A stretch of DNA of 64,000 bases from Marispirochaeta sp. (lineage in GTDB: Bacteria > Spirochaetota > Spirochaetia > JC444 > Marispirochaetaceae). The DNA is taken from assembly GCA_963676835.2 (NCBI GenBank), contig CAXXFF010000002.1:1568001-1632000 (forward strand), in the 5' to 3' direction. Below the pieces are notes generated by a model that was not told the origin of the DNA, did no database searches, and worked only from the letters and a program-made list of their open reading frames with translations. Positions 9,394-19,807 of this stretch are shown here, piece by piece. The position numbers and the translations under genes were made by a program. The first letter of the stretch is position 1. The number at the start of each line of letters is the position of its first letter.

Positions 9394-9627
9394 ATGGAGT
9401 TAAATATGAAAGAAGTTGAATCCCGTTTGTCCCTATCAGAAATTCCCGGTCTTTCCGCTGTATTGGTTCTGGATGAAGAACCCTATCTGCAGGACTCTTC
9501 TGATTTCCGAAAATCTCTGAAAAATCAGCCTGCGTCCCTTGAAGTAGGGGGCAGTATTATTGCCCGTGGAATAATAAAGAAACACTTCGGTCAGCTTGAT
9601 TTTGTCGTCCAGGAGGTCTTCCGGTGA
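9394..9627 (+). CDS. Small protein, degenerate SpoA (FliM/FliN C-terminal-like) domain
   Basis: LSLSEIPGL..VLVLD...PASLEVGGSIIARG pattern resembles SpoA; GTGA overlap with fliN. Confidence 0.5.
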   Translation: MELNMKEVESRLSLSEIPGLSAVLVLDEEPYLQDSSDFRKSLKNQPASLEVGGSIIARGIIKKHFGQLDFVVQEVFR

Positions 9628-9878
9628 ACAAAAAAGGCATCAACCAGGTCACTGTTCCCCTTGAAGTAAACCTAGGCGGTCAGGAGCTTACCCTTGATCA
9701 GGCTTCTTCCATAAAAGCCGGTTCTATTATTGAACTTGATACCTGTGCCGGCGAACCGGTCGAGGTTCGGCTTGCCGGGGAGGCGGTAGCCCTGGGCGAA
9801 GTGGTTGTGATCGATGAAAGTTTTGGTGTGCGCATAACCCGGCTGCTGACAAAGGGCAGTAGTAATGAAACGGTCTGA
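9624..9878 (+). CDS. fliN: Flagellar motor switch protein FliN (minimal SpoA domain)
   Basis: GSIIELD..AGEPVEV...ALGEVVVIDESFGVRIT. Confidence 0.9.
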   Translation: MNKKGINQVTVPLEVNLGGQELTLDQASSIKAGSIIELDTCAGEPVEVRLAGEAVALGEVVVIDESFGVRITRLLTKGSSNETV

Positions 9879-11193
9879 GATTATCGGCGCAGCCGGGCCG
9901 GATCGGGATGTCCGTATCAAACGGTACGATTTCCGCCGTCCCGATAAGTTTTCCATGGAGCAGATACGCTCCCTTTCGCTTGTTCATGAACAGGCTGCCC
10001 GGGATCTTACCCTTCACCTGTCCGCCCGGCTTATGCGGGAGGTTGTTGTAAAACTCGAACTTGTGGATCAGATGACCTATGATGAGTTTCTCCGTCAGTT
10101 TTCCAAAGAGCCGGCCCTCTACTCGATGTACGGGGATACGCGCTCTGTGGTATCTTCGGTGATCCATTTTTCAAACACCCTTACTTTTGCGCTTATTCAC
10201 TACCTCTGCGGCGGAGCCTCCCCTGTTCCTCAATCTGACCGGGATGTTTCCGACATGGAGATGTCTCTTTCGGAAGGTGTCTGTCTGCTTACAGCTTCCA
10301 GTCTGAAACGTGCCTGGAAAATTGTGGATATACCCTGGCCGGGTTTGCGTCAGATAGAGACAAATAAACTCTTTGCATCAATCACTTCCCCGGGAGAAAT
10401 GATTGTATATGTCCGTCTGAGCATTAAATTTGAAGACCTTCAGGAGAACATTGATATAGCCATCCCCTATCTGTTTCTGGAACCCCACCTTCAGAAGTTG
10501 ACTCCGGCCTACCTGTACCGGGATATAGCAGCGGATGCTTTGGGGAAATCTGCGATTCTGGGGAATGTGGTTCAACCCCGTAGTGAGTCTGTAATTGTTC
10601 TTCCCCGTATAAAGCCTGCGGATGTGTATAAACTGAAACCGGGGTCGCGCCTGGGTATTCCATTGCGGGGGAAAGGCAGCCGGCTGGTTCAGGTGCGTAC
10701 TGGTGGGGTGATTGGTGCCGCTTTGCCAACAGTACCTGATCAAACCCTTAAACAGCGGGTTTTAGAAGAATCTCCTCCTCCTGCTTCTCCTGCGATAGAT
10801 TCTCCGGCAAGAGAAACAAGAACAGTACCTGACTCCTTGAAAGAGGCTGAAGCTCTGCCGAAAGAGGCGGCTGAAGAGATCGCCCGGCTGTTGAAGTCCA
10901 GCCTGCCCCAGATGCAGGCCGCGGCTATTTCCCTGCTTTCGCCAGAGTGTGCAGCTGCGGTTCTGGCGCAGTATAACCCCGATACTGCTGCAGGGCTTTT
11001 TTTGCTTCTTTCCGGTATGAAACGGGTGGATCACAATATACACCGTGAGCTTGCGGGCTTCCTTTTGAAGATGCTTTCCCTGCAGGGAGATCCCTCCTGG
11101 ACAAATACGGGTGGAGAGAAGAGGGCAGCGGAGATCCTTCGGCATACGGATGAAAAGATCAAAGCTGCTATTTCCCTGCTCAACAGGCAATAA
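9865..11193 (+). CDS. FliM-like switch protein fused to a FliG middle-domain-like C-terminus
   Basis: N-terminal YDFRRPDKFSMEQIR..VDQMTYDEF..LCGG..IETN..IPYLFLEP is FliM-like. After a Pro-rich linker, IARLLKSSLPQMQAAAISLLSPECAAAVL..GGEKRAAEIL resembles FliG-M. Confidence 0.8.
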   Translation: MKRSEIIGAAGPDRDVRIKRYDFRRPDKFSMEQIRSLSLVHEQAARDLTLHLSARLMREVVVKLELVDQMTYDEFLRQFSKEPALYSMYGDTRSVVSSVIHFSNTLTFALIHYLCGGASPVPQSDRDVSDMEMSLSEGVCLLTASSLKRAWKIVDIPWPGLRQIETNKLFASITSPGEMIVYVRLSIKFEDLQENIDIAIPYLFLEPHLQKLTPAYLYRDIAADALGKSAILGNVVQPRSESVIVLPRIKPADVYKLKPGSRLGIPLRGKGSRLVQVRTGGVIGAALPTVPDQTLKQRVLEESPPPASPAIDSPARETRTVPDSLKEAEALPKEAAEEIARLLKSSLPQMQAAAISLLSPECAAAVLAQYNPDTAAGLFLLLSGMKRVDHNIHRELAGFLLKMLSLQGDPSWTNTGGEKRAAEILRHTDEKIKAAISLLNRQ

Positions 11194-11312
11194 ACTATCT
11201 TGAAAAAGATCTATTTTACCTCTTGGAATGCATGATGGAATTTCCCTTGTACCCTTAAACCGGCAGCGGTGCGGACATGATATGCCGTCCTGAACATAAT
11301 TCAGCCTGGATA

Positions 11313-11777
11313 TTATGCTTCTGGTTCGGATCTCTCGACCTGGAAGTAAATATCTGTTTTCAGCCTTGCCGGAGGGGTAAAGCCCGGATTTGTGCGGAAA
11401 ACCTCAATACTGAGGCCTGTTTTGGTGTATTCCGAGTCCCGGATATATTCTTCCAGCTGCTTATAGCTTTCCTGCATGGTGGCATAGGGACCAAAATGCC
11501 GGGTTGTTGCGTAGATACCTTCAGGCAACACTCCTTTTTTTGCCGCTTCCGATCCTTTTCCCTGGCGGAACACTGGAAAACCGACTTCAACATCCATGGG
11601 CGTCTTTTCTTCTGAGTGGTAGATTACAAAGGGTTTTCCCGCCGGAATTACAAGGTTTCTGCGTGAATATCTGCCCAGTTCCTTAAAAGCATCGGTAAGG
11701 AATTTCGGCAGTTCCTCCAGTGAGCATCTGGTTCGTATGGATATTATTTTCTTTGGTTTCAGCTGTACTATTTCCAT
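11313..11777 (-). CDS. GyrI-like small-molecule-binding protein
   Basis: PFVIYH..DVEVGFPV..LPEG.YA...HFGPY..IEVF.TNP. Confidence 0.85.
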   Translation of the reverse strand: MEIVQLKPKKIISIRTRCSLEELPKFLTDAFKELGRYSRRNLVIPAGKPFVIYHSEEKTPMDVEVGFPVFRQGKGSEAAKKGVLPEGIYATTRHFGPYATMQESYKQLEEYIRDSEYTKTGLSIEVFRTNPGFTPPARLKTDIYFQVERSEPEA

Positions 11778-11807
11778 TTGTGATTAATCTCCTGGTGATA
11801 ATAGTGT

Positions 11808-12389
11808 CTACTTCCCGGACTTCAGCCGCCGGCGTTCCTTTTTGCTCATGTAGCGAACCTCCACACCGCCGAAGAAGATAAGTCCGGATATATGGATTTT
11901 AGGTCCGCTGCTGTTGTAGCCTGCGGTGGAGTTTTCAATCCCCCCGAAAATCGGAGTTCCGTTTACCTCGACAGAGGCGTTATCGGGAACGACAATCTCA
12001 ACTCCCCCCATTACGCACAGCAGGTTTATCCGGGTTTCACTGCCTCCCAGAGGGCACTGGGAAAGATTCAGTTCTGTCCCTCCGAAGATGTTGGTCACCT
12101 TCAGGTTTTCAGGAACATTCCATACTCCTTTCCGCTCAGTTCCGCCGAATATGGTGGTCAGGGCGCTCCTTTTCGGTCGGCTTGAAGAATTTGCAGCATG
12201 TTCTTTTCCCGGAAGCGGAATCAGGGTCGATTCAACCGGAACCAGAGCCTGCTTCGAGGTGGCATTGATGGCAATGGAAAGAAGTTCTTCAAACTCCTCC
12301 TCATTCAGTTCGCCATGGGCATAGTTATACTGGAGTCTTTCCACAACCTGTTCACGGTACTGGTTCAGCTCTTCCTGTGCATCCGGCAT
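11808..12389 (-). CDS. DUF1707 / LiaF-like envelope-stress protein
   Basis: REQVVERLQYNYAHGELNEEEFEE N-terminal domain plus repeated IFGG/MGG beta motifs. Confidence 0.75.
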   Translation of the reverse strand: MPDAQEELNQYREQVVERLQYNYAHGELNEEEFEELLSIAINATSKQALVPVESTLIPLPGKEHAANSSSRPKRSALTTIFGGTERKGVWNVPENLKVTNIFGGTELNLSQCPLGGSETRINLLCVMGGVEIVVPDNASVEVNGTPIFGGIENSTAGYNSSGPKIHISGLIFFGGVEVRYMSKKERRRLKSGK

Positions 12390-12580
12390 ACCCTTTCTCC
12401 CTGCAAAAAAGTAGACAACATCCGTCAGCTTATACGCTTGGGGCGAACGGGGTCAATGATGAACCTGGCCATGACAGATGGAAAGATTGTTTTTAATGGA
12501 TATGTAATGGTTTAAAAATTATACCTGCATCCGGGGTTTTGTAGTATAATCCCTGCAAACAGATCAACCTGGAGAGTGTA

Positions 12581-13606
12581 ATGAAAGCACTGGTAAAAAC
12601 GGCAGTCGGTGCCGGTCATCTTGAATATTCAGACCTTCCCGATCCTTCCCCAAAACCGGGGGAGGTTAAAATAAAGGTATTTGCTTCCGGCATCTGCGGA
12701 ACGGATATGCATATCTATCATGGAGGCTACCACTACGAGCCGCCGGTAGCCCTTGGTCATGAGTTCAGCGGAAAGATTATTGAACTTGGCGAAGGTGTTA
12801 CAGAGTTTAAAGTGGGCGACCGGGTTTCCGCGGAAGCTCCCACGGCCCTCTGCGGAAAGTGCGAGTATTGCCGCTCCGGAGACTACCAGCTGTGTCTCAA
12901 CCGCCTCGGGGTGGGCTGGGGAACCAACGGCTCCTTTGCAGAGTTTATTGTAGTTGAAGCTGCTTTTGTTCATGCCATACCGGACAGCATCAGCGATGAT
13001 GATGCCGCCCTGCTTGAGCCCCTGGCCTGTGTCTGTCACGGGGTAAATGAACTTACCAGTATCTCGGTAAACGATTTTGTAGTGCTTTCCGGGCCCGGTC
13101 CCATCGGGCTTCTGACTCTGCAGGCAGCAAAAGCCGAGGGAGCAAGAGTCGCGGTTCTTGGAACAACCCAGGACAAGGCCCGCCTGGAACTTGCCCTTGA
13201 ACTTGGGGCGGACTATGTCATCAATGTTCAGGAACAGGATGCCCGGGAGGAGATTAAAAAGATTACCGGCGGTACCGGTGCAGATGTGGTGCTGGAATGC
13301 TCCGGCAGTGAAGCAGCCTTCGATCTGGATCTTGATCTGATTAAAAAAGCGGGACGTTTTACCCAGATTGGTATTTACGACCGCAAGATAACCGCCGACA
13401 TTGACAAGATGCTTCTGAAAGAGATCCGTTTTGTAGGCAGCTTCAGCCAGAAGTACACCTCCTGGGAACGGGCCATCGACCTCATGTCCCGGGGCCTGGT
13501 AAAGGTGGACAGGATTGTCAGCGCAAAACTTCCCCTGGCCGAGTGGCAGAAGGGTTTTGAGATGATCGAGAATAAAACGGGGATGAAGGTGCTTCTTGTC
13601 CCCTGA
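12581..13606 (+). CDS. Zn-dependent alcohol/polyol dehydrogenase (sorbitol/threonine dehydrogenase-like)
   Basis: GICGTD, GHEFSG, CGKCEYC..LC structural Zn site, GPGPIG. Confidence 0.9.
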   Translation: MKALVKTAVGAGHLEYSDLPDPSPKPGEVKIKVFASGICGTDMHIYHGGYHYEPPVALGHEFSGKIIELGEGVTEFKVGDRVSAEAPTALCGKCEYCRSGDYQLCLNRLGVGWGTNGSFAEFIVVEAAFVHAIPDSISDDDAALLEPLACVCHGVNELTSISVNDFVVLSGPGPIGLLTLQAAKAEGARVAVLGTTQDKARLELALELGADYVINVQEQDAREEIKKITGGTGADVVLECSGSEAAFDLDLDLIKKAGRFTQIGIYDRKITADIDKMLLKEIRFVGSFSQKYTSWERAIDLMSRGLVKVDRIVSAKLPLAEWQKGFEMIENKTGMKVLLVP

Positions 13607-13632
13607 GTAAAAAACCGCTACTCTTTAGGCCT

Positions 13633-14583
13633 ATGAAAGAGATACACTCAGCGGCGGTCATCGGAGCCGGCGCCTTAGGCCTTATGTACGCCGACCGGCT
13701 GAAATCAGCCCTCGGTGAAAATGTTTTTTTTCTGGCCCGGGAGGACCGGGCCGGAAAGATTTCTTCTGCAGAATACAGTATCAACGGCAAGTCCGCCTCG
13801 TTTCCGGCATCCACGCCGGAAAATCTTGATGGTCCTGTTGACCTGCTTGTTCTGGCTGTAAAAAATCACCATATCGATGATGTTCTGCCCCTGGTTAAGG
13901 CTGCTTCCGGACCGGATACAGTGCTGGTTTCGGTGCTCAACGGCATAGAAAGTGAAAAACGGCTGGAAGATGCAGTACCGGAATCAACGGTACTCTACTG
14001 TATTGCCGTCGCCATGGATGCGGTAAAGGAGGGGAACACCCTTAACTTTACCTCTCCCGGGCGTCTGGTTATCGGTTCAAAGGACAACAATAAAGATAAT
14101 CCATCGCTGAAGGCTGCCGTAAAAGTTCTTGAGGACTCCGGGGTAAGCTGTGAGGTTCCCGACGATATTCACCGCTCGGTCTACTGGAAGTGGATGCTCA
14201 ACATTGGTACCAACCAGGTTTCAGCCTCAATCGGGGGCAACTACGGTGTTCTCCAGACCAGCAGGGAAGCTCAGAATGTAATGAACGGCGCCATGATGGA
14301 AGCGGTAAAGGTTGCCCGGGCGGAGGGGATCGACTTAAGAGAAGAGGATGTGAAGGGCATTTATCCCATTCTGAACGGACTTGGCAGGGAAAATAAAACC
14401 TCCATGCTTCAGGACGTCGAAGCAAAGCGTAAAACCGAGGTGGAAGCATTCAGCGGTAAACTGATTGAGCTGGCGGAGAAACATGGTATTTCCGTTCCGG
14501 TAAACCGTACCTTGTATCAGGCCCTTACAAGCCTCGAAAGCCGTTACGGAATGTCACCTCCCTCCGGCTGCACTACATTATAG
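13633..14583 (+). CDS. panE: 2-dehydropantoate 2-reductase
   Basis: GAGALG, AVK, LNG, WKWMLN, TSMLQDVEAKRKTEVE. Confidence 0.85.
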   Translation: MKEIHSAAVIGAGALGLMYADRLKSALGENVFFLAREDRAGKISSAEYSINGKSASFPASTPENLDGPVDLLVLAVKNHHIDDVLPLVKAASGPDTVLVSVLNGIESEKRLEDAVPESTVLYCIAVAMDAVKEGNTLNFTSPGRLVIGSKDNNKDNPSLKAAVKVLEDSGVSCEVPDDIHRSVYWKWMLNIGTNQVSASIGGNYGVLQTSREAQNVMNGAMMEAVKVARAEGIDLREEDVKGIYPILNGLGRENKTSMLQDVEAKRKTEVEAFSGKLIELAEKHGISVPVNRTLYQALTSLESRYGMSPPSGCTTL

Positions 14584-14977
14584 TCACCACTATTTCCCGC
14601 TCGCGCCTGGGCCCGTCAAACTCGCAGAGAAAGATATTCTGCCAGGTAGACAGGGCCAGGTTGCCGTTGATTACTGGGATTGTTTCTGACGGGCCTACAA
14701 TTCCCGCTTTAAGATGGCTGTCTCCGTTGCCGTCCTGCCGGTCATGCTCCCAGACTCCGTTGGGAATCATCTTTCTGAAAAGACTGATCACATCCCGTTG
14801 GACGCTTTCATCCCAATTCTCCTGAATCATAATGCCTGCAGTTGCTCCCCGGACATATACATTGCATAAACCGGTTTCCATCTCCACTGAGGAGAGAATC
14901 TCTTTTACCAGAGAGGTGATATCCACAAGCTCCTCATGCATATGTGTTTCAACCCTGATTATTTCCTGATATCTCAT
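14573..14977 (-). CDS. yjbQ: YjbQ/UPF0047 family protein
   Basis: GATAGIMIQEN, NGDSHLKA, LSTWQNIFLCEFDGPR. Confidence 0.88.
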   Translation of the reverse strand: MRYQEIIRVETHMHEELVDITSLVKEILSSVEMETGLCNVYVRGATAGIMIQENWDESVQRDVISLFRKMIPNGVWEHDRQDGNGDSHLKAGIVGPSETIPVINGNLALSTWQNIFLCEFDGPRREREIVVTIM

Positions 14978-15119
14978 GCCTCCTCCTGCTGCGGGTGGTA
15001 TACGCTGATTCTGCCAGTATCATACCGTTGTTTCAATGACCGTCAGTAATGCCGGGCGATTGCGTTTCAAACTATATGGGGTATACTGAAACCAGAATTT
15101 TACCGGTTCGGAGGATCTG

Positions 15120-15347
15120 ATGTCGGAAAAGCTTGTTATGTTTCATGGATTTGAACAGGAAGAGGTTATCGGTTTAATGCGGCTTATCAAGGCCAATGTT
15201 CAGGCACCCCGGGAGATTGCCTTCTGTATGACCACGGAGCAGAATGCCGACTGGAAAATCCGGGACCTGATTGCCGATGTTACCGAAGAACATGCCTACA
15301 TGATGAAGATGGAAGATGAAAAGGCTGCCAGACGCAATGAAGAATAG
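15120..15347 (+). CDS. DUF3783-like small protein
   Basis: MFHGF..AFCMTTEQNADWKIRDLI..VTEEH; GGAGG RBS. Confidence 0.7.
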   Translation: MSEKLVMFHGFEQEEVIGLMRLIKANVQAPREIAFCMTTEQNADWKIRDLIADVTEEHAYMMKMEDEKAARRNEE

Positions 15348-15379
15348 TTCGTCTTTCAAGTCGAAAATATGATTTGCCC

Positions 15380-16396
15380 ATGGTGCTGAAGACATATTTC
15401 CATGACGAAGTTTTTTCTCTAACCAGGCCGGAGAGTGAAATTGAGTTTGTCGGCTACTCCCTGCCGTATTACCGGGATGTTCATACCCGCATAAAAGCTG
15501 GACTTTCATCCCCGCAGATTCCGCCTGTATCGGTCCCGTTAACTGAGTACGAATCAGTCCATACCCGGGACTACCTGGATAAACTAAGTAAACTCTCCAC
15601 GGGGCACAACCCCGGTGGTGAGGATCTGGATGCTCCGAAACTGAGCGGTGAGTGTTCAGGTCTTTACTATGCCCTGCCGGGCTATGAATACGCCCTGGGA
15701 GGTATGTACCGGGCTTTAGAGGAGATGAAGGCGGGAAAACTTCACCGGGCCTTCTGTTCTTCCATGCCCGGCCATCATGCCCACCCCGACTGGGGTCACG
15801 GCTACTGTCTGCTGAATACCCAGGCGGCAGCCGCCCGGTATGCCGTGAAACTGGGCTTTAAAAAAGTTCTGATCCTGGACTGGGACATCCACCACGGTGA
15901 CGGTACTCAGGATATCTTTACCAACGATCCAGATGTGTACCAGATCAGTATTCACAATGCGGCGGATCTCTACATGGGAGCTGTCAGGGTTGTGCATGAA
16001 GGCACGACAATAGCCGGGCAAAAAGCCGGACATTTGAATATTCCTGTATTTGAATCGACCCTGAAGGATGAGTTTTTCCGGGAACTGGAGCTTGAGGGAA
16101 CCTATTGCCGTGGTCCTGAGGCAATCCCCCGCTTTCGGCAGAGCCTTCAGAGTCTGCCCTTTCAGCCTGAACTTATAATTATCTTTGCAGGTATGGACAG
16201 TCACCGGGATGACTGCGGAAAGGATATTACCGACTGGGTTGAAGATGATTTCAGATATCTTACCAGGGTTGTGCTCGATGCCGCATTTGAGTGGGGAATC
16301 CCTGTTCTGTCATCTCCGGGAGGAGGCTACAACGTGGATTCCGCCGTCTCAACCGCCCTTGCTCATTATGAGGAGCTTCGAACCTACCGGGTTTGA
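15380..16396 (+). CDS. Histone deacetylase / acetylpolyamine amidohydrolase family protein
   Basis: PGHHA, GYC, LDWDIHHGDGTQ, AGMDSHRDD, GGGY. Confidence 0.9.
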   Translation: MVLKTYFHDEVFSLTRPESEIEFVGYSLPYYRDVHTRIKAGLSSPQIPPVSVPLTEYESVHTRDYLDKLSKLSTGHNPGGEDLDAPKLSGECSGLYYALPGYEYALGGMYRALEEMKAGKLHRAFCSSMPGHHAHPDWGHGYCLLNTQAAAARYAVKLGFKKVLILDWDIHHGDGTQDIFTNDPDVYQISIHNAADLYMGAVRVVHEGTTIAGQKAGHLNIPVFESTLKDEFFRELELEGTYCRGPEAIPRFRQSLQSLPFQPELIIIFAGMDSHRDDCGKDITDWVEDDFRYLTRVVLDAAFEWGIPVLSSPGGGYNVDSAVSTALAHYEELRTYRV

Positions 16397-16410
16397 TAAT
16401 TCTCCGATAC

Positions 16411-16812
16411 TTAAATCTTTATCATAATCCGTTTTTCCGTCTTTTCCATACTCAAATAGAGCCGGGGGGGCCACTCTTTCATCATCAGATGAAAAGCGGG
16501 GCTCATGGAAACACGGGAGGAGAATTCACCGCTGGTGAAGGTGAGATTGCCGGTGGTGTAGAAGCAGGCTGTACCGGTAATCCAGGCTTCTTCTTCCTCT
16601 TTTAAAAGTTCAATCTGGTACCCGTCAAATGGTTCGGAAGAGAGCTTTAACAGATAGACCTGTTCCCGGTTGTTGGGATGGGCATTCAGCTCCTTAAGCA
16701 GTCTCAGAATTATGCTTTCCATTCCGGTAAGATCATAGATTTCGTGGTCGTAACCCTTAATCTGCCAGTTGGATCTCCGCCGTGATTTTTTCAGGGTAAT
16801 TTCGTGGATCAT
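16411..16812 (-). CDS. Hypothetical protein, DUF6717-like
   Basis: LSSEPFDGYQIEL..EEE..FY..SPAF...PPRLYL pattern; start taken at internal ATG 16812. Confidence 0.5.
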   Translation of the reverse strand: MIHEITLKKSRRRSNWQIKGYDHEIYDLTGMESIILRLLKELNAHPNNREQVYLLKLSSEPFDGYQIELLKEEEEAWITGTACFYTTGNLTFTSGEFSSRVSMSPAFHLMMKEWPPRLYLSMEKTEKRIMIKI

Positions 16813-17090
16813 GTGTAAGCGTATCCGCCTTTTAAAAATAGTATTTAGCTGTTTGCCTATAATGGTAGCCCCGATTTTCGGGATTACCATATTGTTGTGG
16901 TAATTTCTCGATATCTTTGTAAAAATAGTAGTGATATTTGAAGGGTCGAACGATTTGCGCAATACAATAGTATTTATTAACGATTTGCGAAAAATGTTGC
17001 CGAATTCGGCACATCATGACTATATTCAGGTCAAAGAGAACAGATTAACAACCTCGCCGGCGAAACCGGACAGGCAGGGAGGCACCATAG

Positions 17091-19673
17091 ATGCAATATA
17101 ACAAAATGACAATAAAGACCCAGGATGCAATGCAGGCGGCATTGTCGGCGGCAAACTCAGCCGGTCATGCCCAGGTGGATGTTGACCACTTTCTTACCGC
17201 TCTGCTTGCCCAGGAGGACGGAGTAGTTCCTCCTCTTATGGACGCCCTGGGAGTAGATTCCCGGACTCTTCAGGCGGATCTGGACAGGCTTGCAGGATCA
17301 AAACCCTCGGTTCACGGTGAAGGCGCTCAGGTTACTATTTCTCCCGAGCTCTCCAGGGTTTTAAGCCGGGCAGAGAAAGAGGCGGACAGCCTTAAAGATG
17401 AGTTTGTCTCCACCGAGCATGTGCTCCTCGCAATGAGCGGCGCTGAGAACAGCACTGCAGATATCCTCCGCCGACACGGGGTAACAAAAGAGAGAATTAT
17501 TACAGCCCTCAAGGCAATCCGGGGCAATCAGCGGGTTACCGATCAGGACCCCGAGGGCCGCTATCAGGTGCTGGAAAAATACTGTAAGGACCTTACCGCC
17601 CTTGCCCGCAAGGAGAAGCTTGATCCGGTAATCGGCCGGGACGAGGAGATTCGCCGGGTTATGCAGGTATTGAGCCGCAGAACCAAGAATAACCCGGTGC
17701 TTATCGGTGAACCGGGAGTTGGAAAGACTGCCATCGCCGAGGGACTTGCCCGGCGTATTGTATCCGGAGATGTTCCCGAGAGTCTCAAGAACAAACGTCT
17801 TCTGGCGCTGGATCTGGGTTCTCTTATTGCAGGAGCAAAGTTCCGGGGAGAGTTTGAGGAACGGCTGAAGGCGGTTATTCACGAAGTTGCATCCTCGGAG
17901 GGGCAGATTATACTCTTTATTGATGAGCTTCATACCCTTGTTGGTGCCGGGGCCGCGGAAGGATCAACGGATGCTTCCAACCTGTTGAAACCGGCCCTCG
18001 CCCGGGGTGAACTGCGCACCATCGGAGCTACAACCCTGGATGAGTACCGCAAGCACATCGAAGCCGATGCTGCCCTTGAAAGAAGGTTCCAGCAAGTGTA
18101 TACCCCGGAGCCATCCGTGGAAGATACTATTGCGATTCTTCGGGGTATTCAGGAGCGCTATGAGGTTCACCACGGGGTACGCATCCGGGACGATGCCCTG
18201 ATTGCAGCGGCAACCCTATCTGACCGCTACATCACCAGCCGCTTTCTGCCTGATAAGGCCATTGACCTGGTGGATGAGGCAGCCAGCCGTCTGAAGATGG
18301 AGATAGAAAGTCAGCCCACAGAGCTTGATCAGATAGAGCGGCGTATTCTGCAGCTCAATATCGAAAAACAGGCACTCTCCCGGGAGGAGGATCAGGCCAG
18401 CAGGGAGCGCCTTGGCAAACTTCAGGATGAACTGAACGAACTGACCCATAAACGGGATGCCATGCAGCTGCAGTGGAAGAACGAGAAGAACATAATTGAT
18501 GAAATCCGTTCTCTCAAGGCCAAGCTGGAAGAGTACAAGATTATGGAGACCCGCTATGAACGGGAAGGTAATCTTGCCAAAGCAGCGGAAATAAAACACG
18601 GAAGTATCCCGGAAACTTCAGCCAGTATCGCAGCCAAGGGGCTGGAACTGGAGAGTCTGAAAGGTGAACATCGCTTGCTTCGTGAAGAGGTTTCCGAAGA
18701 GGATATTGCCCGGGTGGTTTCTGCATGGACGGGGATTCCTGTAACCAAGATGCTCTCGTCAGAGATGGCCAAGTACCTTGATCTGGAAAAAATCCTTGAA
18801 GAGCGGGTTGTCGGCCAGAATATGGCAATTGAGGCGGTGAGTGATGCTATTCGTCGCAACAAGACCGGCCTTTCCGATGCGGCCCGGCCTCTTGGATCAT
18901 TCCTGTTCCTCGGGCCCACCGGTGTGGGTAAAACAGAACTTGCCAAAACCCTGGCGGATTTTCTCTTTAATGATGAGAAATCTCTTACCAGGATCGATAT
19001 GAGTGAGTACATGGAAAAACACTCTGTCAGCAGGCTTATCGGAGCTCCTCCGGGATATGTCGGCTATGATCAGGGCGGCCAGCTCACAGAGGCTGTACGG
19101 CGCAGACCCTACTCGGTTGTGCTCTTCGATGAGGTGGAGAAGGCTCACCCTGATGTCTTCAATGTGCTGCTTCAGATGCTCGATGACGGGCGTCTAACTG
19201 ACGGCCAGGGACGGGTTGTGGATTTCCGCAATGCCATTATTATCCTGACAAGTAACCTGGGAAGCGATCTTATTCTTCAGGTGGATGATCCGGCAGAAGT
19301 GAGCGAGAAGATCGAACTGCTCTTAAAAAGCTCCTTTAAACCGGAGTTTCTGAACCGCCTGGATGAGACGATAATTTTCAGCAGGCTGGGTAAGAATCAG
19401 ATTCTGCGCATTGTCGAGATCCAACTGGAGAGGCTTAAGAAGCGTATTGCCGACCGCAACCTCAGTCTCTCGGTAGACAAAAAGGCCATGGAGCTTATCG
19501 GTGATGCCGGGTTTGACCCTGCCTTCGGTGCCCGGCCGGTTAAGCGGGCAATTCAGAGTATGCTGGAAAACCCGCTGGCCAAAAGCATTCTTTCCGGGAA
19601 GATTCCGGAAGGATCAGAAATCAAGGTGAGTGCAAAGGACGGAGAGCTGAAGTTCTCTGCCAGGACGGCATAG
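17091..19673 (+). CDS. clpB: ATP-dependent chaperone ClpB
   Basis: Two AAA+ modules ([16 protein letters not shown]), coiled-coil M domain, FGARP. Confidence 0.97.
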   Translation: MQYNKMTIKTQDAMQAALSAANSAGHAQVDVDHFLTALLAQEDGVVPPLMDALGVDSRTLQADLDRLAGSKPSVHGEGAQVTISPELSRVLSRAEKEADSLKDEFVSTEHVLLAMSGAENSTADILRRHGVTKERIITALKAIRGNQRVTDQDPEGRYQVLEKYCKDLTALARKEKLDPVIGRDEEIRRVMQVLSRRTKNNPVLIGEPGVGKTAIAEGLARRIVSGDVPESLKNKRLLALDLGSLIAGAKFRGEFEERLKAVIHEVASSEGQIILFIDELHTLVGAGAAEGSTDASNLLKPALARGELRTIGATTLDEYRKHIEADAALERRFQQVYTPEPSVEDTIAILRGIQERYEVHHGVRIRDDALIAAATLSDRYITSRFLPDKAIDLVDEAASRLKMEIESQPTELDQIERRILQLNIEKQALSREEDQASRERLGKLQDELNELTHKRDAMQLQWKNEKNIIDEIRSLKAKLEEYKIMETRYEREGNLAKAAEIKHGSIPETSASIAAKGLELESLKGEHRLLREEVSEEDIARVVSAWTGIPVTKMLSSEMAKYLDLEKILEERVVGQNMAIEAVSDAIRRNKTGLSDAARPLGSFLFLGPTGVGKTELAKTLADFLFNDEKSLTRIDMSEYMEKHSVSRLIGAPPGYVGYDQGGQLTEAVRRRPYSVVLFDEVEKAHPDVFNVLLQMLDDGRLTDGQGRVVDFRNAIIILTSNLGSDLILQVDDPAEVSEKIELLLKSSFKPEFLNRLDETIIFSRLGKNQILRIVEIQLERLKKRIADRNLSLSVDKKAMELIGDAGFDPAFGARPVKRAIQSMLENPLAKSILSGKIPEGSEIKVSAKDGELKFSARTA

Positions 19674-19675
19674 AT

Positions 19676-19807
19676 TTAAACTAAATCAAGAAAGGCCCGC
19701 ATATAGTCCGGCAGATCGCCGGGCTTGCGGGCACTTACTATGTTGCGGTCCACCACGGCAGCTTCATCCACCCAGTCCGCGCCGGCATGGATCAGGTCGT
19801 CTTTTAT
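19676..19807 (-). pseudogene. 3' remnant of a PfpI/DJ-1 family protein
   Basis: Reads IKDDLIHAGADWVDEAAVVDRNIVSARKPGDLPDYMRAFLDLV*; an in-frame TGA lies directly upstream and there is no start. Confidence 0.8.
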
